Shown: one piece after another, positions 10,854-21,453 of the stretch
How positions within the stretch are numbered: position 1 is the stretch's first letter
How the letters are laid out: each line of letters begins with the position of its first letter
Source: Candidatus Bathyarchaeia archaeon
GTDB taxonomy: Archaea; Thermoproteota; Bathyarchaeia; 40CM-2-53-6
NCBI GenBank assembly: GCA_050013255.1
Contig: JBEKFP010000002.1
Location: 160,001-224,000, forward strand
Direction of reading: 5' to 3'
DNA length: 64,000 bases
Position numbers and translations under genes: made by a program
The notes under the pieces: model-generated
Told to the model about the DNA's origin: nothing
Seen by the model: the letters and a program-made list of their open reading frames with translations, nothing else
Databases searched by the model: none

Positions 10854-11513
10854 TTGACCTTTCCAATAGAGAATGAAGCGAACATCAGGCGCAGAATGCT
10901 GGAGCTGTGCCAAACTCATGCGAGGAACGTTGTAGAAATCACTAGGCAATTGGTTGTCCTCCTAGACAACCTGGCAGACAAGAAGCCCAAACTTGCGAAA
11001 GAGAACTACGAGAACATGCTCAAGACTCTGGTGGAGAATGAAAAGAACAAAGCAACGTTCCTTAATGAAGTAGCATCAGTAGGTAGCTTACTCATAAGCA
11101 GGGAAGACTTCCTGCGCCTGCTATTTCGACTTGGCGAAGTGGCAAATTACTGCGAAGCTATGGGCTTCCGGCTGATGGGAGTCGTTGACCTGAAATGGAA
11201 GCTAGACAACAAACGCCTCGAAGAAATATCCCACCTGATGAGTTCGGTACTCAAAGAAATCTCGAAGGTAAGAGAGACTCTTCACTCACTATCATTTGAT
11301 GCCGACAAAGCAGTCGAGACCGGTAAGGCTGTGGAGGATTTGGAGCGCCAGATTGACGCTGAATCACGGCAACTCGATCTAGACCTGATTTCGAGCAAAA
11401 TGCCATTACAAACCTTGCTATTCTTTCGCGACTTGGTAGACCGAGCCGAAAAAATAGCCGACATTGGGGTCGACGTAGTCGACCACATAAGAGTACTCGC
11501 CCTTACGGCATAG
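10854..11513 (+). CDS. DUF47 / PhoU-like phosphate transport regulator family protein
   Basis: SREDFLRL and LERQID...AEKIAD patterns. Confidence 0.7.
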   Translation: MTFPIENEANIRRRMLELCQTHARNVVEITRQLVVLLDNLADKKPKLAKENYENMLKTLVENEKNKATFLNEVASVGSLLISREDFLRLLFRLGEVANYCEAMGFRLMGVVDLKWKLDNKRLEEISHLMSSVLKEISKVRETLHSLSFDADKAVETGKAVEDLERQIDAESRQLDLDLISSKMPLQTLLFFRDLVDRAEKIADIGVDVVDHIRVLALTA

Positions 11514-12085
11514 TGTCGCGGCAAATGAAGAAAACCATCACCGCTGAATTGATCGGAACTAGGCTCATAGTATGGGACCATAAAGACGGACTGGCAATTT
11601 ACAGGATGGGTTTCTTCGGTAAGCCCGTAGGTATTCCAAAACCTAAGCCTGAGCAGGAGTTCAAAGCGCCTCTGGTGCTCGACCTGATGGAGGCCTTGTA
11701 CCTCCTCGACAAAAAGATAATTCGAGTAGTTAACGTCAAGTCCTCTAAACCCGTAAGCCGTGCTATGCTCCTCGCCCTAGCGAACAAGACCTACAAGCAG
11801 TTCAATCTTGGATACAGCGCCTACGAGAACCTGCGTGCGAAAGGGCTGATAGTTACCCCGGGGATAAGATTCGGGGCGGACTTTGCAATATACGAGCACG
11901 GTCCGGGAATCGACCACGCCCCATTCATTGTTACCGTAAAGAAGGAGGAGGAGACGATGGGCCCCTTCGAGGTTGTCCTTGCAGGCCGCCTCGCAACAAC
12001 CGTCCGCAAACAGTTCACGATTGCGGTACCTAAGAGTCGCGGAAAAAAAGTAGACTACCTTGTCTTCCGGTGGTTCAAGGCCTAG
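11513..12085 (+). CDS. endA: tRNA-splicing endonuclease, catalytic subunit
   Basis: LDLMEALYL; PGIRFGADFAIY...HAPF...RLATTVRK (Tyr/His/Lys triad). Confidence 0.93.
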   Translation: MSRQMKKTITAELIGTRLIVWDHKDGLAIYRMGFFGKPVGIPKPKPEQEFKAPLVLDLMEALYLLDKKIIRVVNVKSSKPVSRAMLLALANKTYKQFNLGYSAYENLRAKGLIVTPGIRFGADFAIYEHGPGIDHAPFIVTVKKEEETMGPFEVVLAGRLATTVRKQFTIAVPKSRGKKVDYLVFRWFKA

Positions 12086-12099
12086 ATCTTTCGGCGAAC

Positions 12100-12975
12100 C
12101 TACTGAATAACCGTAACCATTTCTGCTAGCTTCCTCTCCTGTTTGAAACCAAGCTTCGCGAAAAGCCGCCCAGCAATTTCGTTTTTCTCACCGAACCGAA
12201 CGGTCAAGGTTTGGACGCCCCGCTTAAGCAACCTGTTCATGGCAGTCGCCAACTCAATCGTGGCAAGCCCTCGTGCCCGGTAGAGCGGGTCCGTGAATAG
12301 TTCTGCAACCAGTGCCTCTCGAGGGGAACGAAGTGCTATGAAACAGGCACTTACCACATTTAGGGTTGTACCACTAATCAACGAGGCCTCAGCCGCGTAA
12401 GCGCCGTGCAGACCACTCATAATCTCATGTAACTTTCGTTCCGCGGAGGAAACGGTAGGCAACCTTGGTTCGGCACCTTTCTCGTAGGATTCATGCATCA
12501 ACTTGGCAAGGGCAGGAATGTCTCGATCAGTTGGGCTGACGAGCGGAAGTATAGGCATAAGCTGTGTTTCAATAACTGGCCCTACGAATTTGACTATAAC
12601 CCTCCGTTTTTCAAATCCGTTCTTCTCCAGCCCTTCAGCCATTTCTTCCGGAACCCGTAGGGTGAGCGATTGAATCTTTGCTTTCTTAAGATCGAGTCGA
12701 AGGTTAGAGACAAACGATTCGTAAGAGGTGGGGGGTGCAGGGTAGATTTTGTCAACAATCGCATCCACATCCGAAAGCTGCAAGGTGAAAAGTGCGACCG
12801 GTCTATCCGTGTGTAGGATATTCCATTGCTCATGGGTTTTCCGCAGTTCTGACAGCAATTCTTCTTTGGTAGAGCATTGGGGAAAAGCTTCTTTCGTGGA
12901 TGCTCCATTTTCAAAAATGAATTCCGCTGTTTGACCTAAGATGTCGGATGAGGCTTTCGAGGTTTTCGTGATCAT
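12100..12975 (-). CDS. GNAT family acetyltransferase
   Basis: C-terminal TDPLYRARGLA and N..A..LFAKLGF. Confidence 0.8.
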   Translation of the reverse strand: MITKTSKASSDILGQTAEFIFENGASTKEAFPQCSTKEELLSELRKTHEQWNILHTDRPVALFTLQLSDVDAIVDKIYPAPPTSYESFVSNLRLDLKKAKIQSLTLRVPEEMAEGLEKNGFEKRRVIVKFVGPVIETQLMPILPLVSPTDRDIPALAKLMHESYEKGAEPRLPTVSSAERKLHEIMSGLHGAYAAEASLISGTTLNVVSACFIALRSPREALVAELFTDPLYRARGLATIELATAMNRLLKRGVQTLTVRFGEKNEIAGRLFAKLGFKQERKLAEMVTVIQ

Positions 12976-13029
12976 GATTTATCCCATTAAAGCGAAAAAG
13001 CCCATATTCTGCCCTATATTCAATCTTGT

Positions 13030-13317
13030 GTGGTCCGAATGTATAGAGGGCTTGTCGCATCAGGAGTTATTTTGGCCTTATTCGGTGGCTTTCTGGTTTT
13101 CACGGACCTTTACGTTCCCCTTGGCGTGTCGATCTTCGGCCTGCCCATCGCGATTGTTGGAGTTCTTATGTTGGTTCTGGGGACCTTTCGACCAGAACCG
13201 TTAGGAATAGAACCGGAGCAGGGAAAGAAGTTCTGTTGGTATTGCATGACACAGATTCCCAAAGACGCGAAAGAATGCCCCAGCTGCAGCCTTCCTCAGC
13301 ACGACGCGGTCGACTAA
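13030..13317 (+). CDS. Small 2-TM protein with C-terminal zinc ribbon
   Basis: Two hydrophobic helices, then CWYC...CPSC. Confidence 0.75.
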   Translation: MVRMYRGLVASGVILALFGGFLVFTDLYVPLGVSIFGLPIAIVGVLMLVLGTFRPEPLGIEPEQGKKFCWYCMTQIPKDAKECPSCSLPQHDAVD

Positions 13318-13655
13318 GCTGTCGGTTGTCCACTGCTCGGCTTTTCCTGCGTGTCGGTTGGTTTTTCTTCGGAGAGTTCAATATGCGCTTGGCCTTCCAT
13401 AATCTTTCGCTGGAGTGCAGTGATTAGTTCGTCAATTGCGACATTATCGAGACCAAGTTGGCTAAGTGATGAGAGAGTTTCATCAGAGAGGGTTGCTCCA
13501 ATATTGGGGCCGCCGTAGCCCTCCATTCCTATCGCATCGAACTTCAGTTTGGTCTTCTTGATTACGAAATGGCCGGAGATGTAGGTCACGCGTCCCTGTT
13601 CGTCCAATTTTTCAATGGAAACCTCAAGGTCCTCGGGAAGTTCTGGCCTGCTCAT
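13314..13655 (-). CDS. Hypothetical protein
   Basis: ATG start, plausible acidic protein, fits the gene packing. Confidence 0.65.
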   Translation of the reverse strand: MSRPELPEDLEVSIEKLDEQGRVTYISGHFVIKKTKLKFDAIGMEGYGGPNIGATLSDETLSSLSQLGLDNVAIDELITALQRKIMEGQAHIELSEEKPTDTQEKPSSGQPTA

Positions 13656-13740
13656 GATGGATTCTCACGTTGGACTCATCAGGCTTTAATCTTACCCATA
13701 TACTAGTTTCGGCCGCTGACCCACAGAGAGAAGTCACCAA

Positions 13741-14640
13741 TTGCTCACACACCTCAAGAACATGGTCTCAATAATTGACACCCGAGCACTGGGTACGCCG
13801 ATGGTTGTTGCCGCGTTTCTTGTTACAGGGAAGGAGACAGCATTGGTTGACATGGGCTACCAATCCTCGGCTGAAACAATCATGGGAGACTTGGCTAAGG
13901 ATGGATTTGATCCGGATCACTTGGATTACCTTCTCCCTACGCACGTTCATCTGGACCATAGCGGCTCCCTGGGGACTCTTGCCAAAACATTCACAAACGC
14001 CTCAATTCGTGTCCACCCTAAAGGTGAACGCCACCTAGCTGATCCTTCGACTCTTTGGAAAGGAGCAGGAGAACTTTTCGGCGAAGAACTAATGCGTAAA
14101 TTTGGGCGACCCCAACCTGTCGATCGGAAGCGCTTGAAGAGTGCGGCTGATGGTGACGTGATTGATTTAGGGGACGGGATTCGCCTTCGGACTATTTGGA
14201 CACCGGGCCATGCATCACATCACTTAAGCTATGAACTGGAAGGGCACCGAGCTTTCTTCACAGGTGACGCTGTGGGGGTTTGCTTCCCTGGTTTCCCATT
14301 ATTGACTCCCACAACGCCCCCAACAAGTTTCAACTTAGAGCAGACGTTACAGTCGCTTGAGCTCATAAGGGCAAGTTCTCCTTTAGACTTCTATACCCCT
14401 CATTATGGCTTCGTTGGAAATGCCACGCAATGGATCAATGAGAATGTCGAATCGTTGCACCGCTGGAAGTCGAGCATCAAAGAAATGATGATGAAGGGAT
14501 TTAGTGCCGAGCAGATATCTAACGCCCTCACCGACGATGTGTGTAGCAAGTTGGGTCGGGCCGGAAGCGATGCGCCAGACTATTTTCGCAGCTTGGTTAA
14601 GACCAGCGTTCTGGGATTCCTTCGATACTTCGAAGAATGA
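13741..14640 (+). CDS. Metallo-beta-lactamase-fold hydrolase
   Basis: THVHLDHSG, TPGHASHH, FTGDA, TPHYG. Confidence 0.92.
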   Translation: MLTHLKNMVSIIDTRALGTPMVVAAFLVTGKETALVDMGYQSSAETIMGDLAKDGFDPDHLDYLLPTHVHLDHSGSLGTLAKTFTNASIRVHPKGERHLADPSTLWKGAGELFGEELMRKFGRPQPVDRKRLKSAADGDVIDLGDGIRLRTIWTPGHASHHLSYELEGHRAFFTGDAVGVCFPGFPLLTPTTPPTSFNLEQTLQSLELIRASSPLDFYTPHYGFVGNATQWINENVESLHRWKSSIKEMMMKGFSAEQISNALTDDVCSKLGRAGSDAPDYFRSLVKTSVLGFLRYFEE

Positions 14641-14959
14641 TCAAGGCCCAACTTGGCCTCATAATGATACCTCCACAAACGTGGAGATCGGCCGATCCGG
14701 AGTGCACACGTTCAAAATGACCCGCATGGCACGAATTGCCCGAGTAATCTGAGGCAGAACTCCTGGCATGTCTTGGAACCTTTACAAAAGTCGAAGTGTT
14801 TCTTTTGGGTACTAGGTCGTGTAATCTTGGCGTGGTTCCATTAATCTTGGTTAAGACCTGCTATGGAAATTCACAGTTATCCGGAACAACAATTTAGAGT
14901 GATGTTCGCTAAATCGGCATTGAGGCATTTGGGTGAAGGATTCTCGCCGTGGAGCATAA

Positions 14960-16114
14960 ATGACCTTGTTACCCGCATGGAAAGGCACTCTCATCGTATT
15001 CATTATGGTGTTCTCTTTTTTCACAGTTGGAGTCTTTGCGGAAGACCAGAGTCTGGGAAGAGTGCGGATTGCGAGCTTCGTCGGACCAAGACAGGTCGCA
15101 CCGGACACCGCCTTCTCGCTCAGCCTAGATGTCGAGTATGAAGTCCGTGCGGCAACAACTATACGTGCAGCCATATTCGAAGGTTTGCTGAGTGTGGGTG
15201 CTCCCCTTTGGCAGAGTGATAATGCAAGCGTTGCTGGAGGCGGTGACAAGGTCTGGACACTCAATCTTACCGCTCCGTCCGTCGAAGGCACCATTCAGTT
15301 TTCTGCGTATGCATATTATCTTGACAACGGGGTGTGGAAGTTTTACAATGATACTGTTCTGGGTCCAGGATATGGGCAAGTCACGATCAAGGTTTCGCGA
15401 TATGCGACTCTCAAAGTTGACCTAGGAGTACCTGGACTCGCCGTTACTCTAGGAAACTCGTCCGAGATGACAACCCAAGCCGGAGACCTAAATGCCACTT
15501 TACTCGTCGGGATGCCATACCAATTATCAGTTCCGTCCGATCAGGAGTATCAGAACTCAACACGAATCATCTTCAGCGGATGGCAGGATGGAACCAATCA
15601 AACCCAGAGACTCATCTCTCTGACCGGAGATACGCAACTAATCGGTTACTATCGAACACAATACTTGCTCAAAGTAACCTCGTCTCAGTCAGGCTATTCT
15701 TACCAGAAGTGGTATGACGCGGGTTCGAATGCGACCCTTCAAGAGGTTAATTTCGTTCCCACATCATGGCCGTTGGCGCTCTTCGGTGGGAAGTACGTCT
15801 TTTCAGGCTGGTCTGGAGATGTCAATTCTCGTTCCAGTGAAATCTCTTTCACAATGAATTCGCCAAAGACAATCTACGCTAACTTTTCCATTGATTATGG
15901 CCTTTTGATATTTCCAATAATCGTAGCTTTAGGCATCATCGGTGAGATTATCCTCTTAGCCCTAAAACGTCGGAAAAGAACCAAGACAACTCTTGGTCCA
16001 TCAACCGAAAGACCCACATGCCCAAATTGCGGTGAGGACGTAGAGAAAGAATGGGTACACTGTATTCATTGCGGAAACAACCTAGGTCCGTCGGAGGATG
16101 CGGATGCTAAATAG
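14960..16114 (+). CDS. Secreted, membrane-anchored protein with B-repeat-like domains, one TM helix and a cytoplasmic zinc ribbon
   Basis: Signal peptide; FSGWQDG/FSGWSGD repeats; TM followed by KRRKR; CPNCG...CIHCG. Confidence 0.8.
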   Translation: MTLLPAWKGTLIVFIMVFSFFTVGVFAEDQSLGRVRIASFVGPRQVAPDTAFSLSLDVEYEVRAATTIRAAIFEGLLSVGAPLWQSDNASVAGGGDKVWTLNLTAPSVEGTIQFSAYAYYLDNGVWKFYNDTVLGPGYGQVTIKVSRYATLKVDLGVPGLAVTLGNSSEMTTQAGDLNATLLVGMPYQLSVPSDQEYQNSTRIIFSGWQDGTNQTQRLISLTGDTQLIGYYRTQYLLKVTSSQSGYSYQKWYDAGSNATLQEVNFVPTSWPLALFGGKYVFSGWSGDVNSRSSEISFTMNSPKTIYANFSIDYGLLIFPIIVALGIIGEIILLALKRRKRTKTTLGPSTERPTCPNCGEDVEKEWVHCIHCGNNLGPSEDADAK

Positions 16115-16419
16115 CGATGGTTCGTAGCCGAACGGACTTGCTCAAAGTGCCGCCGTTAGCTTAAATGGGTAGTAAGCTCGCCTCCTTTTCATGTGACTCA
16201 TTCAGTTCAGCGCATTTATGTGACAAAGAACCTGCGTGGACCCAGGCGTAATTTAGACAATTAAGTTGACACGTTTCACTGCTTTCATCTCAAGATATAC
16301 GTCAGTTATTAGTCTGAATAGGCGGAGCACACTGAAGTCTTAAGTAATGTATCCGCACGTTACGTACCATCCGCCGAATGAAAAAACTGCCTGAATATGA
16401 ATCAAACTGAGGCACTGTA

Positions 16420-18816
16420 ATGAAAATTGCCCGAAATCTAGTACTTTGCCTCATCTTAGCGTTAGTGATTCTTGCACCTGCATTGAGTCCTGCGGAGGCA
16501 GTAATTACTCCTCTGAGTACAGGTATTTTTCCTTCCGGGACAATTGTTGTCCCAATGGACGGAAAGCAAAATGACAGGATTCATGTTTACGGCCTAGTTC
16601 ACGAGTTTCTGAAGTCTACTCCAAACTCACAGATTGCCCGCGTTATTGAGCCCCCTGATGTCACGTTACAGACGCAATTAACTCCGAGCGGGGACGTCTA
16701 TCAGGGTGGGCCGTTCCTTATCGATTCTTCATACGCCGCGGCCATCAATACTTTGTTGGGCAACTCGACTTTCTCTAAAGTGACAGTTACGCGTCTCACC
16801 GCCTCCTTTACGTCGAACAGAATTTTCTTCGTAAGACAGCCAACTAAGATTCTCGTAATCGGTGATGGTTATTGGGGTGAAACATATCTCACACTTTTGA
16901 GGATGGGGATAAGCTTCGATCGGGTGACGACTGACCAAATATTGGCCAACCCATCATTGATCAACCAATACACACTAATCGTACTCGACAGCCCGGGTTG
17001 GTACGGAAATCCGTCAGCCTACGTGCCTGCTCGCCGAGCCCAGATCCAAGCTGTCTATAACACAATTCAAGCTCGCGTCCAGGCTGGAAACGAGGTAATG
17101 TTTACTGACGCTGCACTGTTGGATTTGAACTCGACTTTCCCAGGCTATATTAAATTGGGACAAGGTGGAGAAGCATCTACCCCAACTGTGACTGTCTATA
17201 ATCCATCAAGAGGAGGGTTCACTCCTGAGTTCCCAGGTCAGTACTATAATTCAGGGCCAACCCCGAACAAAGCGAAGATCTTGACCGAGGAGGGAGCGGG
17301 GCAATGGGTGCCCACCGCTGTTCCAGCGGCGCACGCTGGCGATGTTAGAGTAATTATGGATACAACTAACTACGGCTACCCAGCCCCACAGATCCCCTAC
17401 GCGATTCTCGCATTCTACTTCCCGTACGGTAACGGAATAGTCGAAGGCTTGGCATTCCAACCCTACCAGCAACTTTACCCGAACTATGCTGACCAGAACG
17501 GATACTATGCAACCTACGAAATTTACGGGAACAAATTCGTCGAGGGTCCACAATCCGACTTCTTCATCACAGCAACGCCTACGGCAGAAACGGTATCCCA
17601 AGGTCAAACCGCAAGTTACAGTTTGGCTGTGACTTCGGTGGGCAGTTTTAGTTCAGGCATTTCTCTTCAAGTGACTGCTGGCTTACCCCCGGGGGTACAA
17701 GCAAGCATCGTGCCCTCCTCTGTTACACCGAGTTCAGGAGGGACAGTAACTTCTACCCTTACGATTCCGACATCTTTGACTACGCCCACTGGGACGTATA
17801 ACCTCACGATTACAGGAACCTCAACTCTCCCACTCACCACTCGAAGCGTAGTCGTGACTCTTACTATTCAACCAGCGGCATCAGACTTTACGATCACAGC
17901 CAGCCCCCAAGCGCCAATCCCCCTCGTAGTTAACCAGGGCCAGTGTGGAAACATCACCATCACCGTTAGCTCAATTGGTAACTTCAGCTCACCCGTTGCC
18001 TTGACTCTCACGAACCTTCCCGCGCATGTTTCAGCAAGTTTCATACCCACCGCTGCCCCTACCCCACCACCGGGCGGCACAGCGGTCTCCGCTCTGAAAT
18101 TATGCCCAGACTCTTCCTTGACCCCTAACAACTACACGATGACGGTTGTCGGGACGAGCGGGTCACAGGTTCACACGGTCGACGTTATCATAGATGTTCC
18201 GCAACCATCGTTTAATTCCCTCATCTACCTGATCGTGCTAGCGCTTCTTCTCCTATCCATTGGTTTAGGCTTGCTCGCTTTTTACCTCTCGAGAAAAGGT
18301 CCAAGAAGGTTGCTTCGGCCGCGAGCGCGCTACGTTTTGCCTCTTCCGACCATTCGTTGCCGTTATTGTGGAAGGGTCATGCCTATGCAGGCCGTATACT
18401 GCCCCTTCTGCGGAAGAACCCAAGTGATCCTCGCGCGACGGCCTCCTAGAGTGGTCTCGGGTAGGCGCGGGAGGAGTGTTATCGGATTTGCACTTTGCCT
18501 TGTCTCCGGAATCCTCGTTCTCCTCAACAGCGCCGTCCTCCTAGTACCCTCATTCTACGGGCCTCCAGTAAACTGGTCGACAATCTTCTTCTGGTTACCG
18601 GCGATAGGACAAAGCTATGCCTTCGCGCTGGGCGTCATCATCGGCCTTACGCTCATCATGGGCTCGATAATCATGGTCATGGGACACGGAGCGATCGCGG
18701 ATGTCGTCATATTTCCGTTTGCAGTCTTTAGCATCATAATCGGTGGAGGTTTTGTCGCCGGTTTTGTGCTCGGAGTAGTTGGCGGGATCCTTGGGGCCTT
18801 GAGACGTAATTCATGA
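16420..18816 (+). CDS. Large cell-surface protein with Ig-like repeats, TM helix, zinc ribbon and a C-terminal multi-TM block
   Basis: Signal peptide; two 'SDF.ITA.P...SxGxFSS' Thr/Ser-rich repeats; CRYCG...CPFCG. Confidence 0.8.
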   Translation: MKIARNLVLCLILALVILAPALSPAEAVITPLSTGIFPSGTIVVPMDGKQNDRIHVYGLVHEFLKSTPNSQIARVIEPPDVTLQTQLTPSGDVYQGGPFLIDSSYAAAINTLLGNSTFSKVTVTRLTASFTSNRIFFVRQPTKILVIGDGYWGETYLTLLRMGISFDRVTTDQILANPSLINQYTLIVLDSPGWYGNPSAYVPARRAQIQAVYNTIQARVQAGNEVMFTDAALLDLNSTFPGYIKLGQGGEASTPTVTVYNPSRGGFTPEFPGQYYNSGPTPNKAKILTEEGAGQWVPTAVPAAHAGDVRVIMDTTNYGYPAPQIPYAILAFYFPYGNGIVEGLAFQPYQQLYPNYADQNGYYATYEIYGNKFVEGPQSDFFITATPTAETVSQGQTASYSLAVTSVGSFSSGISLQVTAGLPPGVQASIVPSSVTPSSGGTVTSTLTIPTSLTTPTGTYNLTITGTSTLPLTTRSVVVTLTIQPAASDFTITASPQAPIPLVVNQGQCGNITITVSSIGNFSSPVALTLTNLPAHVSASFIPTAAPTPPPGGTAVSALKLCPDSSLTPNNYTMTVVGTSGSQVHTVDVIIDVPQPSFNSLIYLIVLALLLLSIGLGLLAFYLSRKGPRRLLRPRARYVLPLPTIRCRYCGRVMPMQAVYCPFCGRTQVILARRPPRVVSGRRGRSVIGFALCLVSGILVLLNSAVLLVPSFYGPPVNWSTIFFWLPAIGQSYAFALGVIIGLTLIMGSIIMVMGHGAIADVVIFPFAVFSIIIGGGFVAGFVLGVVGGILGALRRNS

Positions 18817-19246
18817 CGAAATATTTCGACGCTTGTCACGAATTTTCTAATCCTGGCCACGGCACCTAGCTTTCGGTAATGTGCCTGCCTTTCTAGAGTT
18901 AGTTTCCATGTCAGAATTTACTTGAACAACACAATGCCTATTGTTGAAGTTGGTCATCCCGCCCCGTAATCTTTAGTTCCTCGAATCAATCGCCAGCTTG
19001 CCGAGCTCAATGTCTTGCGTGGATTTTGCAGCTCGCGGTATCATTTTCTTGCTTTCGAGCCAGAATCTGCACGTGAGTCATGGTGAAATCCCTATGTCAC
19101 AAATGGCACCACAATCTGGGTTGTGGTGCAATGCAAAATGGAAGTCATGGAATATTATCGCGATTCAAGTGGATTCTGGCGAATCAAAAACTTCCGAAGA
19201 CGCCGGCGCGCTAGAATCTAATTCTTCACCGGCCGATGCCTTTCGC

Positions 19247-20422
19247 TTAGGCCGTGTGAATTTCCACTATGTCTTTGTCGTCGAGTACATGATCGGGGCC
19301 CACACGCTCGCCCGCGAACTTGCTAGTCGGACCCCAAATTCGTGAGTACCGATACTTATTCGCCAAATCTGAATGGATGCTTCGAGCTAACTCCCTGACC
19401 GTTGTCCCGGCCTGGATGACAAAAGGGAACTGCGAGGCTCTGGCCTCGTTGGGTTCCTTAGTGTACACCCTGATTATCCCCAAGGTGCGAAAGAAGTTGT
19501 CGGCTACATCTTTCAAACCTTGCCCGGTCAGGCATGAAGTAAAGATGTAAGGCAAGGATTGAGGAAGAGTTCGTGGAAAGTCAAGAGAAGCCTGACGCGC
19601 CTCCGGGAGGTCAAATTTGTTCCCGACTACAATCGTTGGCTTATACAAAGTCACGTTTTCAAATATCGCGTCCTCCACATCTTCCACCGATGCATCGCCG
19701 TATATTCTGACAAGTGCATTCCTAATTCCGTAGCTGTGTAGTATTCCCCGAATTTCTGCTGGGGTACAGGACTTTTGTTGGGCGGAGGAAGCAATGCGGA
19801 TTTCGCCTGAACCTTTCTCTTGGATTATATCTACTTTCGACAGCGTTTTCTGAGAAGAAACGTGAATCTCTTCGAGGGAAGTCATAATGGAGAGCAGATG
19901 GCTTGAGGGATCGGATGCGAGATCCACAACAAGCACAAGGCCGTCTGAAGATCTAATCAGGTCCAGGGCCTCCGGCTGTATGTGATATTTGTTGTCGCGA
20001 CCGAGCTGAAGAGCGGGTAACTCAACTAATTGAAGTTGAATATCTTCGTATTGCAGCATTCCTGGAATTGGTCGTTGAGTTGCATAATCGTACGAAGCTA
20101 CTGCCACCTGGGCATGAGTAAGTGACCGGAGCAGGCTGCTACGTCCTGCTTTGGTCGGGCCAATCAAAGTGAGCTGGGCGGCTCCCTCGCGCTCAACAAA
20201 CCAGGCCGAATGGCTACTGCCACGTTTGCCCCGCTGAGTTGTGAGGTCCTCTTTGAGATCGGCGATTTTAGTTTTGATCTGCGCCCTAAGTCGCTCGTTC
20301 CCCTTATGTTTAGGTATGGCCGAATAAAATTCTTGATAGGCCTGGAGTTTCTCTCTGAGGTTCTTTGCTAGCTGAGCTTCCTGCCACTTCGCCTGTGCTT
20401 CAGCTGTGAGGTTTGCTGGCAA
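19247..20422 (-). CDS. DRG/OBG-family GTPase with TGS domain
   Basis: MPANL...IPKHKG N-terminus; G1 GPTKAGRSS; NKFD; C-terminal GERVGPDHVLDDKDIVEIH. Confidence 0.9.
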   Translation of the reverse strand: MPANLTAEAQAKWQEAQLAKNLREKLQAYQEFYSAIPKHKGNERLRAQIKTKIADLKEDLTTQRGKRGSSHSAWFVEREGAAQLTLIGPTKAGRSSLLRSLTHAQVAVASYDYATQRPIPGMLQYEDIQLQLVELPALQLGRDNKYHIQPEALDLIRSSDGLVLVVDLASDPSSHLLSIMTSLEEIHVSSQKTLSKVDIIQEKGSGEIRIASSAQQKSCTPAEIRGILHSYGIRNALVRIYGDASVEDVEDAIFENVTLYKPTIVVGNKFDLPEARQASLDFPRTLPQSLPYIFTSCLTGQGLKDVADNFFRTLGIIRVYTKEPNEARASQFPFVIQAGTTVRELARSIHSDLANKYRYSRIWGPTSKFAGERVGPDHVLDDKDIVEIHTA

Positions 20423-20443
20423 CGCCTCTCGTCTGCTTAGCGT

Positions 20444-20977
20444 TTAGTGGAAGAGGAACGGTGCAGAAGGCGGATTTATGTCCTTTTCTGGAACCTTCGT
20501 CACCATGGTTGACGCAACCCTATCGCCGAGCCGCTGGCGATCATGAGATGCGAGTATGCAAAGAGCAGCAACGATGTAGAACAGTGGCAACCAATCTAGA
20601 AATCGAAACAGGTTCCGTTTGAGTGAAGCGCCTAGTGAACATGGGTCCCCGTCTTTCCCCACCACACGCAATCTCAAAAGCCACTTTCCGATCGTCGAAG
20701 CGAAGATCCATTCTAGCACAAAGTAGTAGACGAACGTAGTACCGACGAGGGAAGCCAGAGTTGTCGGGGGCACTGACCCGACACCCGCCGTCGTCCAAGA
20801 AGAGAGGAATTTGTTCCATCCACCAATGAAGGTGAGCCATATCAAGAAAACGACGAATGAGTCGATTGCTCCAGCCGCGATTCGCCTCGTTAACGGCGCT
20901 GGGTAAATTCGAATTGGAGGTGTTGATAATGTCTCGATGCTAATTTCTTCGTGCTCGTGCTGATGAGACATTGTCAT
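20444..20977 (-). CDS. RDD family membrane protein
   Basis: RRIAAGAIDS, TIGKWLLRLRVV, QRLGDRVAST. Confidence 0.9.
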   Translation of the reverse strand: MTMSHQHEHEEISIETLSTPPIRIYPAPLTRRIAAGAIDSFVVFLIWLTFIGGWNKFLSSWTTAGVGSVPPTTLASLVGTTFVYYFVLEWIFASTIGKWLLRLRVVGKDGDPCSLGASLKRNLFRFLDWLPLFYIVAALCILASHDRQRLGDRVASTMVTKVPEKDINPPSAPFLFH

Positions 20978-21120
20978 CTATACCCTGTCGATCTTGACTT
21001 GTTAGTAAGGCCTGCTGTGGGACAATTTTCGGTTGATGAAAATTCATGGGTTCAGACATACGCTTAAATACAATCCGAAGAGTAAATCCATTTATCAAAA
21101 AGGAGCAATCGAACGGAATA

Positions 21121-21429
21121 ATGCCGGAAGTGTGCCCCACTTGTGGGCTTCCTAAAGATCTCTGCGTCTGCGGAACCATTAGCATGGAACAGCAGCTTGT
21201 AAAGGTCCGCTTAGAAACGAGGAAATGGGGTAAAGCAACAACAATTATCGAGGGCATAAACTCGAAGAGTGTTAACCTCGGGGACCTCGGTGCCAAGTTG
21301 AAGACTAATTGTGCCTGTGGTGGCACCACCAAAGATGGCCTCATAATCCTTCAAGGCGATCACAGGAATAAAGTCAAGAAACTGCTTGTTCAAACTGGCT
21401 TTCCGGAAGGCTCAATTGAAATTCATTGA
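21121..21429 (+). CDS. Translation initiation factor SUI1/aIF1 (YciH)
   Basis: MPEVCPTCGLPKDLCVC, LKTNCACGGT, LQGDHR. ATG 21121 preferred. Confidence 0.93.
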   Translation: MPEVCPTCGLPKDLCVCGTISMEQQLVKVRLETRKWGKATTIIEGINSKSVNLGDLGAKLKTNCACGGTTKDGLIILQGDHRNKVKKLLVQTGFPEGSIEIH

Positions 21430-21453
21430 CCCTATTAGACCAGGGTATTTGTA

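Noticed and set aside
18998-19345. 115-aa plus-strand ORF
   Set aside because: Overlaps the DRG gene 3' end in antisense; no recognisable features.
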